The position numbers were made by a program, and so were the translations under genes. The notes under the pieces were generated by a model. That model worked only from the letters and a program-made list of their open reading frames with translations. It made no database searches and had not been told where the DNA came from. From Candidatus Nanohalarchaeota archaeon (GTDB lineage Archaea; EX4484-52; B79-G9), in the NCBI GenBank assembly GCA_030634545.1, contig DAOWAN010000003.1, positions 1-48,754 on the forward strand: a DNA stretch of 48,754 bases, given 5' to 3'. Positions 47,451 to 48,754 of the stretch are shown piece after piece. The first letter of the stretch is position 1. Each line of letters starts with the position of its first letter.

Positions 47451-48623
47451 TCAGTATTCCCTGGAGACAATCTTGTATGCGTCCCTGAATGGAGTGCCTT
47501 TCTTTACTAGCGCGTATGCTTTCTCTGCTGCGTAGAGTTCTTCTGTCATTGCGCTTTTGCAGCGCTCTTCATTCACTTCCAGGTTCCGGAATAGCAGGGT
47601 CATGATGGATAAAGTCTCTTTTGTGATGTCGAGGGCTTTCATCGGTGGTTCTTTTGTTAGCTGGAGGTCGCGGTGGTAGCCGGAGATTAGGTTTGAGGTC
47701 ATTGTCTTTAGCTGGAATTCGCATGAGAGTACTATGTGGTATTTTGCGCGGACTAATTCCAAAATGTCCGGGTTTTTTTTGTGGGGCATTATTGAGCTTC
47801 CGGTGCAGAGTTCGTCTGGGAGTCTGAAATAGGCGAATTCTGGCATTGAGAATGTTATGAGGTCGGATGCGATTTTGTTTAGGTCGTACATTATCTGTGT
47901 CAGGGTGTGGATGATTGTTGATTCGAATTTGCCTCTGCTGTTTTGCACATATATCGGGTTTTGGAGGGTTTTGAATCCGAGTAATTTTCTTGTGTAGTCG
48001 CGGTCTATTTCAAGCGGGATGCCGTATCCTGCGCCGGTTCCATGAGGGGACTGGTCTATGAGGTCTAATGTGTGTGTCAGTAGTTTTATGTTGTCTTTCA
48101 TGGAGTCGATGAATGAGTCTGTCCAGAGTGGGATTGATGAGGGCATTGCTTTTCTTGTGTGGGTGTAGCCGGGGAGAGGGGTTTTTTTATGTTGTTTTTT
48201 GAATTTTGAGAGAGTTTTTATGAAGGTCTCTGCTTTGGTTTTGCAGTCGTTCAGCTCGTCTTTGTAGTAGAGTCTTGTGGCGGTCTGTATCTGGTCGTTT
48301 CTTGATCTTGCGGTGTGGATCTTTTTTCCTGTGTCGCCAAGTGCTTTTGTGAGGTGGGCTTCGATGGCTGTGTGGCAGTCTTCCTGTTCTTTTTTGATTT
48401 TGAATTTGCCTTTTTTTTCGAGGGCTATTATGCTTTTGAGTTCTTTGACTATGTCTTTGAGTTCCTGCTCGTTTAGTATGCCTGCTTTTTTTAGTGTTTT
48501 CGCGTGGGCAATTGAGGCTGTGCAGTCGTATCTTATCAGGCGCTGGTCGAGAAGATAGTCATTTCCAACTGTGTAGTTTTCTATGTCTTTGTTTAGTGTG
48601 TATTTTTTTTGCCATAGTTTCAT
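47451..48623 (-). CDS. argH: Argininosuccinate lyase
   Basis: HTARSRNDQ, PGYTH and GSSIMPHKKNPD motifs. Confidence 0.95.
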   Translation of the reverse strand: MKLWQKKYTLNKDIENYTVGNDYLLDQRLIRYDCTASIAHAKTLKKAGILNEQELKDIVKELKSIIALEKKGKFKIKKEQEDCHTAIEAHLTKALGDTGKKIHTARSRNDQIQTATRLYYKDELNDCKTKAETFIKTLSKFKKQHKKTPLPGYTHTRKAMPSSIPLWTDSFIDSMKDNIKLLTHTLDLIDQSPHGTGAGYGIPLEIDRDYTRKLLGFKTLQNPIYVQNSRGKFESTIIHTLTQIMYDLNKIASDLITFSMPEFAYFRLPDELCTGSSIMPHKKNPDILELVRAKYHIVLSCEFQLKTMTSNLISGYHRDLQLTKEPPMKALDITKETLSIMTLLFRNLEVNEERCKSAMTEELYAAEKAYALVKKGTPFRDAYKIVSREY

Positions 48624-48631
48624 GTGGGGTG

Positions 48632-48754
48632 TCAACTCTTTTTGGATTTTCTTTTGTCCAGGATTAGCTTGTGTGCTATCAGTCTTATCGCATTTATGTT
48701 TATGAAGCCTTTTGAGTCGGTCTGGTCGAAGCCGCCTTCTATGTCCATGCTTGA
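48632..48754 (-). CDS. argG: Argininosuccinate synthase, C-terminal end (partial)
   Basis: [25 protein letters not shown] directly upstream of argH. Confidence 0.85.
   Translation of the reverse strand, partial: SSMDIEGGFDQTDSKGFININAIRLIAHKLILDKRKSKKS

Overview
Archaeal chromosomal window, probably DPANN-like. Housekeeping markers include Pelota, Hel308, PolD DP1, porGDAB, tmk, argG/argH, a PRC-barrel protein, TATA promoters and GGTGA Shine-Dalgarno (SD) sites. Features missed by the ORF track: the end of an IS701-type transposase that interrupts a tandem paralog, a tRNA-Ser(GCT) with a 42-nt T-loop intron, a HicA pseudogene, the 3' end of argG and two small ORFs. Most unusual observations: (1) four copies of a MITE-like shell with TATAG..CTATA ends, covarying terminal stems and a variable array of about 2-8 palindromic modules; (2) an AT-rich island at about 32.9-37.3 kb encoding an MCM derivative without its AAA+ domain coupled to a UDG-fold gene, a second possibly degenerate MCM-like protein and an orphan antitoxin; (3) a stand-alone 141-nt structured RNA and a tandem pair of about 80-nt covarying RNA elements; (4) a RaSEA-ArcS(DUF5591)-like fusion whose 3' end is duplicated around a 1647-aa subtilase gene; (5) a strand-skew switch upstream of DP1. 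All family calls come from motif recognition by eye; no searches were run.
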